Shown: positions 26,039 through 38,488 of the stretch, piece after piece | Numbering within the stretch: the first letter of the stretch is position 1 | Layout: each line of letters opens with the position of its first letter | Origin: Antedon mediterranea | Lineage: Eukaryota > Animalia > Echinodermata | Direction of reading: 5' to 3' | Length of the DNA stretch: 64,000 bases | Assembly (NCBI RefSeq): GCF_964355755.1 | Contig: NC_092670.1 | Coordinates: 9,724,201-9,788,200, forward strand | Made by a program: the position numbers and the translations under genes | Notes under the pieces: model-generated | Told to the model about the DNA's origin: nothing | The model's input: the letters and a program-made list of their open reading frames with translations, nothing else | Database searches by the model: none

Positions 26039-26358
26039 TTTTTAAGAATTGAAGATTGAAGTAATGAAGAATATGAAGTAAAATGAAAAAAGAAAATGGG
26101 AATTAAAATTGAAATTTTTGGCAGCTTCAGCAAATTATGAAGTGAAGTCAATTTTAGAAGTAAATTGAAGAATGAAGAAAGTTTGAAGAATTTAAGTAAA
26201 TTTAGAAGAACGAAGAGAGATAAATTTTAGAAGTAAATTTTTGAAGAAAGAAGAGGGGAAATTGTGAAGTAAATTTAGAAGAACGAAGATAAAAAATAAT
26301 TGAAGTTTAAAGAGAAATTAAAATTGCAAATTTGATGAGTGTTTGAAGACTGAAGAAG
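26039..26358 (+). other. Candidate GAA-rich non-coding alternative exon in the TRA2 3' region
   Basis: Pyrimidine tract plus acceptor TTCTTTTTATCATTGTAG; about 35 GAA triplets in 320 nt (hand count); ends GAAG|GTTTGG. Confidence 0.55.
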
Positions 26359-26859
26359 GTTTGGAAATGTTTGTAAACGCCTCTATTTCTGGTTATCAAA
26401 AATAAAACACTATTTGATGTTAATGTTTGGCTGTTAACATCAATAAACCTTAGATTATTCAGATTTTGGAAACTTTTCTGGTAAGGGTTTTTAAGTTCAT
26501 GTCAATCGGAGTGTGAATGAAACGATATATTTTTATGGGATAACAGAAATTTATTAATGACAATCATATTCATAAACAAAAATATCGGGACCTTTTTTAT
26601 TTTGCTCATGTTTTTCCATGTTTACAAACTTGATTAAAAGCACTTTTTTTTTTTTGGAGTACAGTATTTTCAAAACTGATTATTGACAGTAGTATAACCT
26701 GGTGTGTGTTGTTGATTATTAAATTGAACTTCTTTTTCAGAAATCTTGTTAAAAATGTCTTGTTTAATTTGAATTTGTCTTGCCAGTATTTTTTTTTTTC
26801 ATACTGTATCTTGTCATTACTGGAAATCGGTCTTGAGAGAAGTTAACAAGTTTAAACTG

Positions 26860-27115
26860 ACCATTTTTCTTGCCAAACTTGTGGGTTAGTATAAACTAAA
26901 GTTTGGCAAGGAAACTTTGCTATTGTAGACCAGTTGACAACTGAAGAAACTTTCTTGCCAAAGTTCTGAGCTAGTATAAACTAAAGTTGGACGAAGAAAG
27001 TTTGCAATTGTTTTTTTACAAACAAAGAAAGCTTTCTTGCTAAAGTTGTCGGACGGCAAACTTAAGTTTGCCATTGTACCAGTTTGGCAAGAAACTTTTC
27101 TATTGTAGACCATAA
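26860..27115. repeat. Degenerate internal repeats (AAAGTTTGGCAAG..AAACTTT..ATTGTAGACCA), probably a transposon fragment
   Basis: Direct and inverted recurrences of TTGCCAAA/TTTGGCAAG and TAGTATAAACTAAAGTT. Confidence 0.45.
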
Positions 27116-27557
27116 GAAAATGAAAACATCTGGTAAAAAGGTTCTAGACGACGATTGGAAAAAAAAGATAAAACATTTTGAACACATGGCGCTTTAGTAA
27201 AATCAGAACGCGGAAAACTAATTAAAAAAAAATCACGCATCTCTGGCCGACACTTTAAACATAATTTCATATTTTCATTATTGTTACTCTCTTGTTTAAT
27301 CCAAGGCATTGGGATCACAATGAATACAGTAAACTATATAAATATTTAAAAACTAATTGATTGAAGGTCATGTAATCTTCGCCATAGATCGGTTATACTG
27401 CCTATTTAGGCCAGGGAAGAGTGTAATTCCAGATAGGCCTAGTCTATATTTGTTATCCGTCAGAATACTAATAGTCGGTTTATTATTTGCGTCATTATCA
27501 TCAGCAACCAAGTAATTGACCAATCACGTTGCGTTGCGTCCTACTAGAAGCAACATA

Positions 27558-27932
27558 AAGCGTGGTTCTCACTAGCGGCGCAATCTACGCAACACAAGCA
27601 AATGCACTTCTAATAATTGTGTTTGCCCCCGCCTGCGTGAAATCAAACCTGCGATTTTTGCAGCACTGTTGCGTCGTCGGTTCTCACTTGTGATTACGCA
27701 ATACATCACCTTGCGTCGATACGCCGCTGTGTTACGTTGCGTTCTAGTGGGAACCACGCTTAACCACTAGCGACGCAACACAAGGACGTAACGCAACGCA
27801 AGTGAATTGACCAATCACAAGCGATGGCTTATTCGCTTGTGATTGCTAACTGTCTATAACTTCGCTTGTCATAGGTTAAAACGCTTGCGTTGCGTTTACG
27901 TCCTTGTGATGCGTTCTAGTGGGAACCAAGCT
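27558..27932. mobile_element. Two adjacent MITE family A copies joined at TTAA
   Basis: 27558-27761 resembles 3101-3262; 27764-27932 resembles 2158-2330. Confidence 0.75.
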
Positions 27933-29523
27933 TTAGGATGAAAACGCAATGAAAGTAATTTTTTTACCAATCACAAGCAATGGAATATCGCTTTGTCAAC
28001 TTACTTGTGTTTCTACTCGCCCTTTCGTTTCGTGGAAACAAAACCTTATCTCTTTTAATTTAAATTAATGACTATTACGCTAAAACAAACAAAACATAAA
28101 TTATATACCTTCGATATAATGTTCATTTCTTACGATTAACATTCTTGTTTGTTCCACTTTTCCATTCAAATTGGATTTTAATTAAAATATGGAAAATCCG
28201 GGTTCATTACACTTCACAACAACAAACACGATTCTAGATTTTCTTCTTCTGATCGAAGAAGATTATATGATACTGTCTCTGATTATTTTCTTTCACCCGT
28301 ATTTTTATTCGGTTCAATTAATCGGTTAACAATAAGTTGCATTCGGAAACGGAAGTCAATTTATAATTAGATTTTAAAAAAACAATGTGTTTTCACATTG
28401 TACTTCATAGCATGGAGCTAATTGTACAAAAATGCTTATTGAATTGTATTACATGAAACAAGCTCATTGCATATTTACGCAAATATTGAGTCAAAAAGTA
28501 ATTCGATGCAGGCTCATAAACATCATTAGCATGCGTAGATTAACTGTTACATTGTGTGGCGCGTCGAGAAGTGTCTCTCATTACTTTCAATAAACCACTT
28601 AAAATGGGGTTATTTAAAGTATATTTTATAGCCCCGATGAAGGGTCTCGGTGAAATGTATGGAAGTCTACAGAGAAGAAATACATTAATTATGTTTTACC
28701 ACGAGATAGGCCTATATAGCAAACCACTGTATCTCTATTTGCATAAGCTTGGTCAATAATTGCGGCTCGATAGTATCTATACACACTTACTGCTATTTCA
28801 GCTGGGGCTTGATTGTTTTCTCAGTTTCTAAGTACAGCGATTAAATTTAAACAGACTTTTATTACGTCTGGCACTAAATTAAAATACAATTTGTATTCGT
28901 TCATTCAAGTGACATAAATATATATATTTACATACATTTCTAAAATAAAGCAAATCTTAAGTGCAAGTGTACAAATAGCAGACAAGCGATGGATAATTCG
29001 AAGTGTCGCTTGCGTCGTTCGTGCTTACGTCGTTGCGTTGCGTCCTAGTGTGAACAAAGCTTTAAATAGGGAAGTAGTGCATAGTCTAATGGCCTGTTTA
29101 TACTGAGCAAGAGAAGACGGATTTAATACCATTTTTTTTTTTTAAGAACGGTATTTTTTTTACCAGGAGAATCGGTTTCTAAAATAATGTTTTGAATTTG
29201 AGTGTTTAAAGTTTACTGTTTTTAGTACCCATCTCTCTTAATATATACGTTGAACAGTTGCTGTCAAAAGCACCGGAAACTTATCAAACTTTTAATGAGG
29301 TGCAAATCCCATCATCGTTAACTTTCATGCAGACAAGACTAAGGGGGAATTTCGAGGTGTGACTACGTATATAATATACATGTATGCCTCCAAGTTAGGC
29401 TCATTCCGCCTATATTATATTATGAGTTCGAGTGCACATCACATTTTTTTGTCACATACAGTTTGATAGTGTTGACAGAGCCTTACAGATGTCCTCGTCT
29501 CTATCGTTGCGCATGCGTATAAT

Positions 29524-29547
29524 CATGGAGCTATAAATAGCTCCATG
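29524..29547. mobile_element. Micro-palindrome with 7-bp TSD (putative P-element excision footprint)
   Basis: GTATAAT [CATGGAGCTAT AA ATAGCTCCATG] GTATAAT; perfect duplication. Confidence 0.65.
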
Positions 29548-30713
29548 GTATAATTGAGAACTATAGTGCTCTTCCGCTGTACCAGGCCCGAGACTGTTAA
29601 ACCCGAGACAACAATACCTAGGTTTTTATATTGTTTGCCAATACAATGTAGGCCTACACATAAATTTAAACTCAACAAATTTATGTTATGGACACAACTG
29701 TGTGAAATTGTCATTTTAGCAATAAAATTAAATTCATGTAACATATTAAATTGACGGGTCAACATTTAGATAACAAATTTCCAGTATCAGGCGATGATTA
29801 TGCAACACAGATGTGTTTCTTGTACATTTTCTCGCCGTATATAATTACGCAATCGAAAGTTAATAATATGAAAGTTAGAGGCCTAGCCCACACGTAATTT
29901 ATTTTGTAAAATATAATTTCAATCTTTCATATGTAAATTTACCGGCACGCAGTGTATCAGTTGATTCACTGTAACATTCTCCATTGTAACTGTATGTTGT
30001 GATGGTGTAAACTGAATTGGTGTTAGGTCAACCTGCTCAGCTACACAGTGATTTTTAAATTCCTGGTTTTCCAAAAATGTTAGGTTTAGGCCTATTTTGT
30101 ATGTAAATAGTGAAAAGGACCGAATAAATAATGAAATAAAATATATTTAAATAAGAAGAGTGAAATTATAACATATTCATAACATTTTTACTTTTCATTT
30201 TATTTATTACTGCTAATCTGTTTTCATCACTTCCATTTTTTTCTTTGTACATATTAACATAAACGCCCAGAAACTAAATTCTATGGCCGAGAGGACGCAC
30301 TATTTCATATTTCGGTCTATATGAAGATACAGATAAACTCGAGATTTGAACTTCTAACATCGATTTTTATGAAATATGCAGTCATACAGCTATTAAAAAG
30401 AATTCAGGAAGATAAATTGAAAGTATAGACCTACAGAAAGTATTTAACCACCGTATGCACGTATGTTTATTTTTAACCTCAGTATCCTTATTACAAGTTT
30501 TGTTTAAACATTATAGTTTCTCATACACTTCTTCGGTAGCTAAACACTGCATACCCCACGCACATTTGCTACGTAAAAACCCTCGGTGAAAACAAAATGT
30601 AATCATGGAACACCATGTTATTTACGACGAGTTGTGTGTTGGTGGTTTACATATTTCGTGAAGGCGTTCATGTATATTAACCTATATTAAATATTGGCCT
30701 AAGTTCGTCATAA

Positions 30714-30731
30714 TAGGGAGTTAACTCTCTG
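30714..30731. mobile_element. Degenerate micro-palindrome with 7-bp TSD (putative footprint)
   Basis: GTCATAA [TAGGGAGTTAACTCTCTG] GTCATAA. Confidence 0.45.
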
Positions 30732-31479
30732 GTCATAAGTTCATTCGATTGTACCAAAGCCTGTGAACGAAAAGGGCCCTACAAGAAGAAACTAGTTGTC
30801 CATGCACAAGCGAACTTCAGTGATTGGTTGTGCATTTTTCGGCAGCTCTCTGTCTCGGTTATTGATTGTTCATTCAATCTTTCATAATGTATTACAGTAT
30901 TTTTATATTTATTCAGATTGTATGTTAAATTTCCGCTTTTTTTTTTCAGTAATAAACCTGTGTAAAAAAATCTTCTACAATTATTTAAATCTGAAAAAAG
31001 ATAAGAAATATATAGGTATATATTCTCTATCAGATTACATGTAAGGGAAGAGACTATTGTTATGAGATACAATGTTTGATCTGTTTTTTTAGTGCTACTA
31101 TATTGTATGGTTTGTAAATATGTATTATAACTAGATAATTTGAAGAAAAAAAGAAAAGAAAAAACAGGCAAGATGTGAAAAGCTTTTTATAGATTGATGA
31201 TAAAAACCAATACAGATACAGATACAGATCTTTTATTGTCGTACAAACCAAAATAGTATGAAATGTGTCTTGTTGCGAAAAAGAATACAACACTTGCTAA
31301 ATAATAACATTATCTACAGTGAAAATACAATTATCTTATCTAAGTTTATTTTTATTGATGAAGGATAAGAAAGTTGATCCAAATGTAAAAAAATGTCAAA
31401 AGAAAAATATTTAAAGATGGAAGAGTACGTTTCAACAGAAGATGTTAAGTGTGCCGTTAGGCCGCGCCTGCAGGTGTAT

Positions 31480-31830
31480 AAGAACCCGAATCAATATTTC
31501 AAAATATGAATAGAAATTAACATTTCTGAATTTCCAACAATGCCAATTTCAATGCACGCTTTGTCTAGTGACAATAAACAGCATGCAGTATGACGTCCTT
31601 CCCTCACAGTCTAGGTTATCGACTGCGTTTCGGCTTAATATAACAAAATAAATATTTTGGCACATTATGGCGTTTCGTACGTATTATCATTTTGTACAAC
31701 CTTCGTGAAAAAGAGATTAAATTCGGGTGTTACTCGGATGAAATGAAATAATTGAGATGTAAATTAGTAGTAGTTCGACTAATCTTTAATCTTCGACTGG
31801 AATACAACACATAAAACAGAATTATTGGAG
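31480..31830. repeat. About 350-bp dispersed direct repeat, copy 1
   Basis: Nearly identical to 35460-35811; fragment at about 44905-44940; internal inverted AACCCGAAT / ATTCGGGTGTT. Confidence 0.85.
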
Positions 31831-32530
31831 CAAAATGTAAGGTTTCTGTAGAGGTTTTGTAGGGTTGTGTATTAATCCAAATGTAGAAAAATGTCAATGC
31901 TGTGAGATAATGAATGAATAGATAATTGCAAAATGATGAAGTAAATCAGCCAGACAAATTTTCATTTTATTTAAAAATAAGTTTGTTAATGAAAATGTGT
32001 TATAGATAATGTATGTATAAAAGAAGAAAATTTGATAACATGCAAGCAAAACTCTTTACAAAAATATATGTAAACATATAAAAACAAACATTGTTAATAT
32101 GATGTATAGTGTATTGAAATTAAAATGTGTTTAGAGAAAAATATATGTAAAGAGATAAATGATATGTCTATGTTATTTTAGTATATATTCTTGTTATTTG
32201 TAATTTTTGTGTTGGAGAGACACACCTTACCAGTGACAGCGTTTTGTTTAATGCTTTTGTCTCTCCTCGGCTTCGTGTCTTGTATTTCATATTAATGTTT
32301 TTTTTGTAATTCTTATTTTATGTTTATTGCCGAAATGAATAAATAAAAATAAAAAATGTTATTATGGAAATAAAATAAGATAAACAAAAAATAAACCTGT
32401 GTAAACGTAATTCAGCATTTCATTAATTTGTGTATATACCGACACGTGACTACTCATTATAATATATATTAAATTTACGTTATTGCCTGTATTTTATGCG
32501 TCTCCTTTTAAATATAATTTCTATTCTTAA

Positions 32531-33511
32531 AGATGTATTGTCCCCCAAAACATGAAAAATTAAGATTAATTGAATCAGACTTTGAATATGTTATTCTGTA
32601 GTTTTAATGAAGTTAATCACTTCTGTAGAAAACAAGGCCATATAGATGGCTGCAGTCGCGTGCTCATTAGTGTTTGCCGACCGACCGACCAACCTACCAA
32701 CATGAACATGTTTAAAAATGTTGAAATGTTCAAAAACATTTATATTTTTTTAATTTACACGTGCGTAGCCTGTCACTTTTGACGTGCTCGTATAACGCAA
32801 TTTCGAGTTGAAAAGTAAGTCAAGAAAACAGAAATCGGGCAAAAAGAGTGCGCAATAACATTTAACGCGCAATGCGCGCGCAAAAATCTGCGCACTCATG
32901 GCAATTTTGTTAACGCTTAAAATTGCCTGAAACGTACTCTTATTTCATCGAAAATAAATTTTGACAATTTTAAGCGCGCGTACGCATGCGTTACATGCGC
33001 TACGCACGTAATTGTATTGCCATATGATGATTTATGCCCTGAAATTTATGAGTACCAAATTTTATTTAATTGTGTTTCATGGTTGTGAAGATATGATTAC
33101 AAACGTGATTTCGTTAAATCGTGCGTAGACCGCGTAATTTTTTATTGCGCACCGTGAAAACATAACCACATCGATTCCTGGCCATAAACTGATATCAAAA
33201 TAAGGTCAGAAAGCGATAAAACGCATAGTGATACCGGACCGACAGACAGACCGACAGACAGACCGACAGACAGACCGACAGACAGACCGACTTATACTTT
33301 TACTTATAAAATAGCAAAATAAATGGGTAAATCCAATCAAAAACCCATTGGCTGGCAGTCAATTTGACTATTTTTTGCTATGAAATACAATTTTTTCATG
33401 TAAATACATTTTTTATCGATCCAAATTTTGGTCAATGGATAACTATTGTGTTACATTAAAATTGCATATTTAACAAAGAATTATTTTTCATGGGGCCGGG
33501 GCAATACATCT
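32531..33511. mobile_element. MITE family B copy (TTAA TSD) carrying a nested insertion
   Basis: TTAA|AGATGTATTGTCCCC ... GGGGCAATACATCT|TTAA; opposite orientation to 1071-1412. Confidence 0.75.
32629..33295. mobile_element. Helentron-associated (HINE/DINE-1-like) non-autonomous element
   Basis: Starts AAACAAGGCCATATA..GCTGCAGTCGCGTGC and contains CCGA/GACAGACC microsatellites. Shares its 5' end with 39030-39148. Confidence 0.55.
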
Positions 33512-34101
33512 TTAACCTTTATACATAATATTATAATCAGATTAATGCAGAAATAATATCAAGAGATATAGGCTTACACATTATAATAAAATACATCTTC
33601 CTATCAATTGTGTACATTTTAAAATACTGTTCAAAGTTGTTGTTGTTTAAAAAAACCCCAAAAAACCGTGGAAACATAATTACATTAACATAGCTTAACA
33701 ATATGAATATTAATATATGATAATAATTTTTCAAACTAGTTGTTTTTTATTGACTCTAATGAGAATATATTTTGTTCTATTTATTTTCCTTTTTGAGTTT
33801 TTCCGTTTTTTCCTCTTTTGTGGTGTAAGCTACCATTTTATTTGTTCGTCTTATAATTATCACAGATACATTAATTGATGTTCGTTAATATTTAACTTTC
33901 ACATTTCCTCTTAGTTTCTTGAAATTTTATTCACGATCTGAAATGTTATATTTTCGTTTTTTAATAATGTATGTTTTGATGTATTGTGTTCTCTGTTGGC
34001 ACTTTCAACACAAGCCGTGTTTCTTAAAATGTGCCTTCTTCATATCGTACATTGTAAGAAATTGTATTTCTGTTTGTTTATAAATGAAGGAAATAATAGT
34101 T

Positions 34102-34138
<37 letters not shown>

Positions 34139-35459
34139 TACTCATAGTTGTAGTAAATAAAAAGTAAAAACGTTTGAAATTTTACATTTTATTTACTTTA
34201 AATTGTATTATGGCCCATATATCGATTTTGTTTCCCGAAATTTGGAAGTAAACTGAAAGATGATCATTGTTATCGTCTCTCAACAGTTTTTTTTTAAATT
34301 GACGATCATTTCAAAATGTGTCTTGTTCAAAATCTATTTAGTGTTCATATTATACTTCAGGTCGTGTGTAAAACGGAAATTGCATTTTCATAACGTGTAG
34401 GTAGGCCTAATGGTTGACGTCTGTCGCGAACGACAATGTCAATTAGTCATACGTTCATCTGAATGATGGATGAAACAAGGACTGTTTGAAGCACACTTTA
34501 GTTGGTCCTATCATTGATTAAGGGCTTCTCTGTTCCAGTGTCGACCTTGACCAGAGCCAAAACGTATGAGGCATACACTAGATGCCATAAGAGTCAGCAG
34601 TGCTGATTTCGAATGCCTTATGGCTCCATTTGTCTATAAAGCACCTAATATCATCAGATGGTCTCTCTTCCAAGCTAACCAACCGAGCACAATGTTGTTT
34701 AACTTTGATGGTATGGTCCTATTCGACATTGATCTACTAAGGCTTCTCTCGTCCAGTGCCTACCTTGATCAGAGGAGGAGCAGAGCCAATACGTAGAGGA
34801 ACATAGCAGATGCCGTGGTGCTATAAAATTTCAAGCTCTATTTGTAATACAGCATCCGATATTACCAGATAGTTTCTCTTCCAAACTTTAAAGATATATT
34901 GTCCCTTTGAGTAATTCCAAACAAATTTTTTTGTTAATATTTCGAAAAAAGGTGGGTCATTTTGAAGTATCATGATAGTTATTAAATTTTCACCAAAAAT
35001 TAGTTGAAAAACAAATAATTTAACCGAAATACGGACGTTGTTTTGTTCAAAAAATAACTTTGACTTCCAGTCAAAGTTTTCAATCAAAACATATTCATAA
35101 TGCAACGCGCTTGTTTGGCTACTCTGTACATAATCATAAAACTTCCTCGCGATCTGTGTGAAAACACCTTCTCAACCGCGACGAGTTGTAAACAATCCTA
35201 ATTAGCATCATGCATAATGCATACTTGTGGTTTGAAATCTTTGTTTACTTTCGCTCGTGACGGTTTTCCAGACGAAATCTAATCAAATTAATTTACCTGT
35301 TAATTACGTAAACTTGTTGTTTTTGCCTCGAATTTTCGACTTAAAGTCAATAACTTTCTTTTTACTTTGATATGGCCAATTTAAATTTAGAATATTTTTT
35401 TTTTCATTTTTTGTGTTTCAAGGACAATACACCTTTAACTGAACACAATGTTGCTTAAC

Positions 35460-35811
35460 AAGAACCCGAATCAATATTTCAAACTATGAATAGAAATTAA
35501 CATTTCTGAATTTCCAACAATGCCAATTTCAATGCACGTACGGTATGTCTAGTGACAATAAACAGCATGCAGTATGACGTTCTTCCCTCACAGTCTAGGT
35601 TATCGACTGCGTTTCGGCTTAATATAACAAAATAAATATTTTGGCACATATGGCGTTTCGTACGTATTATCATTTTGTACAACCTTCGTGAAAAGGGGAT
35701 TAAATTCGGGTGTTACTCCGATGAAATGAAATAATTGAGATGTAAATTAGTAGTAGTTCGACTAATCTTTAATCTTCGACTGGAATACAACACATAAAAC
35801 GGATATTGGAG
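35460..35811. repeat. About 350-bp dispersed direct repeat, copy 2
   Basis: Nearly identical to 31480-31830. Confidence 0.85.
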
Positions 35812-36723
35812 TAATATTTATAAATATAATAGTAAAATATGATAAAAAGATTTATTTTCTCCCAAAAACATGAACAATGAAGATTATTATAATAAGTTTT
35901 CGAAAAGGCCATTTTTTAATTTTAATAAAGTTAATCACTCCATAGAAGAAAACAATGTTTCCACCTATAAAATGACAAAATAAAGGGTAAATTCAACCAA
36001 CCATTGACTGGCAGCCAATTTAACTTTTTGGCTTTAAATACATTTTTTCAGTTAAATAATTCGTTATCCATCTAATTTGGTCAAATTGAATAACTATTAA
36101 AATAGCATATTTATATATAAACAAGAAATATTTCTTACAAAAAACGCTGCTCGACATTTTAAAATTAATCATTGTTCTTTCTTCAGATATATTTATGATT
36201 AATTATTAAAAAGATGTCATTTAATCGCAAAATACATACAAATCAAATATATGAATCACATGCCCATTTAATAATGGTCAATTTTGAACTTTAATGTGCT
36301 CTGTGTGTGTGTGACCTCAGCCTGTAGGCATGCAACTGAATACCCTCTAGAGACAACGTGACTTCACGGCGGTACAAGTAAGAAAAGTCTTCCCAGTCTG
36401 TTGATTCGCGCCAGCCAATCAAAGGGCGAGAATCCAAAATCGTTCAACAGTGAGGCCTCATAGACTTTCTTTTCCCAGACGTTTTTTATGTCCAACAGCT
36501 GGGATCTATAAATTATAGTCGAATTTACAAAGTCGCAAAACTGTCGGCCTTAGATACTATAACTGCTGCTTGCTTTAGCTTCTGAATGAGTAGTCCTCAT
36601 CGAATATAGCGGGCTACAGCAACAGCGTGAAAAAAATGTTTTGAAAGAAATTCATTTGAAATAATGATATTTGATATGGTTAAATTATTTTTCCGAATAT
36701 GAAGTGACATGATTTTATGAAAA

Positions 36724-38340
36724 TCATTTTACCTCTTTCAGAATCTTTCTTTTCAACAGTTCTAAACCTTGATTGTTTTTATCTTCATTTTCAACGTAAA
36801 ATACAGGTAATCCATCTTTATTTTTGATAACCATATTATTAAATCTAAGATCAAGGGAAACAGCTACAGATATTGCAAACTTCTCTAAGTCTCTTTTGAA
36901 GAACGACCCACTGTTAGTACCAATGCAAAATACGGGAATGTTTCTCCTTCGGGATTTCAGTAAGATTTTGTTTAACCAGTTATTGATACTTTCTAATTGA
37001 CTTGCTTGGTCTTGTATGGCATCGGCAGTATTGAAACACAGCAAACACACGGCATTGTTGGGCAATGCAACAACTGGAAAACCTTTATCAAATTCCCATA
37101 AGCCGAATTTACATCCAAGAAACTCAGCAGCACACATAGTAGGGTAATTGAATCTTGCGTATATTCTAGCTTCGTCTTTAGTATAGTATAATACGTGGAT
37201 AATAAAAAGAACACCCACAGAACAGTAAAGCAATAGATGCCTGACTTCCAACAGAATGTCAACCTTGCTGGCAAATATGAAAACATATCCATAATATATG
37301 TAGAATATAGAAATGATTGTCAAATTTGGAGTTTTACGTTTTGTGTGTCCATCAACCATTTGATCTACGAAACTGAATTTGACACCATAAGCATACGATA
37401 TTGTTGATACTAGATTGGTGATTGAAATGACCGTGATTGAGAATGCCATTGCGGTAGCACTAAACGTTGTATTTGAAAGACATAAAAGAAGTACCAGCAG
37501 CACTGTAACCGATATTGCTTTTACTTGACTTAACTTCGACAACATCCCTCTTTTCGTAAATTCTTCAAAAAGTGCAAATAAAATACAAAGCAATGTATAT
37601 ATACATTTTGTATCTTCGTATTCATGAGAGGGAATAAGTGGAAAAACTATCACGCAAAGTCCAATTGTGTATCCACAAGAACCTCCATACCGACGTTCTA
37701 TTCCTAGAAAGAACAACAATAATGCAACTATAAGTATAAAACAAAGTAAAAAGCAAATAGAGTCTAATAACGGTTGTTGAGTATTCAAACACCTGAAAGT
37801 ATGTAGACTTAACACACATCCGATTGGGTTCACAGTATCAATCAGATATCGGTTACGATATTGCTCGTACAAGACAGTCAGTAACACCAACGTTGACAAT
37901 ACTTCCAATTTTGACTGTAATCCTACGGTTAAGATGATTAAAGGTAGGTAAAAATACTCTCTTATGCTTCGGATATATCGCCGATTATCATCATCTGTAG
38001 GCCTGCTTAGTATCGGAGAACTAGTTTTCTGTTTGACACGAATATTTAAGATGTTATAATTTTCATCGTATTGTACTATCCGACAGACAGGAATATATTC
38101 CCCAGATGTATCAACATTCGTACTGAGGATGGTTACATCTTCATCAGAATCGGGATCTGTTAATTCTGAAAGTGTTTTCAGCGTTTCATATTTGCCAGAT
38201 CTACTGTCTCCAAATAGTAGCAGCTTCTGCCTTTTAGTTATGTTGTTTTCAGAAAGAACTTCATCACAAGTTTCTAACAAATTACCATCTTGTTCGGTAG
38301 TTTTAATTATGAAACGTTGAGCTGCTGTATTTGATGACAT
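36724..38340 (-). CDS. 538-aa multi-pass membrane protein with a split, degenerate Roc-like (Ras-superfamily) GTPase domain
   Basis: 1.6-kb uninterrupted ORF in AT-rich DNA. N-terminal RQKLLLFGDSRSGKY; about 8-10 hydrophobic segments; then FGLWEF, AVCLLCFN, INNWLNKI, IPVFCIGTNS, VFYVEN and GLELLKRKI. Confidence 0.8.
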   Translation of the reverse strand: MSSNTAAQRFIIKTTEQDGNLLETCDEVLSENNITKRQKLLLFGDSRSGKYETLKTLSELTDPDSDEDVTILSTNVDTSGEYIPVCRIVQYDENYNILNIRVKQKTSSPILSRPTDDDNRRYIRSIREYFYLPLIILTVGLQSKLEVLSTLVLLTVLYEQYRNRYLIDTVNPIGCVLSLHTFRCLNTQQPLLDSICFLLCFILIVALLLFFLGIERRYGGSCGYTIGLCVIVFPLIPSHEYEDTKCIYTLLCILFALFEEFTKRGMLSKLSQVKAISVTVLLVLLLCLSNTTFSATAMAFSITVISITNLVSTISYAYGVKFSFVDQMVDGHTKRKTPNLTIISIFYIYYGYVFIFASKVDILLEVRHLLLYCSVGVLFIIHVLYYTKDEARIYARFNYPTMCAAEFLGCKFGLWEFDKGFPVVALPNNAVCLLCFNTADAIQDQASQLESINNWLNKILLKSRRRNIPVFCIGTNSGSFFKRDLEKFAISVAVSLDLRFNNMVIKNKDGLPVFYVENEDKNNQGLELLKRKILKEVK

Positions 38341-38461
38341 ATCAATTATTTGTTGAACAGGTCGGCTATCAATGATATAAGAACTGGTGTTTGTGCATTT
38401 TTAAACGTCGAGGTAATGCATCACTAAACATATTGTTCACATAGCGCCAATTCAGTTTCAG

Positions 38462-38488
38462 CATAGAGAGTATAGATTTGTCTCTATG
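38462..38488. mobile_element. Micro-palindrome with 7-bp TSD (putative P-element excision footprint)
   Basis: GTTTCAG [CATAGAGA...TCTCTATG] GTTTCAG; perfect duplication. Confidence 0.6.

Noticed and set aside
31480-35811. Direct repeats as LTRs of a retrotransposon
   Set aside because: No TG..CA termini, primer-binding site, polypurine tract or gag/pol remnants are visible.
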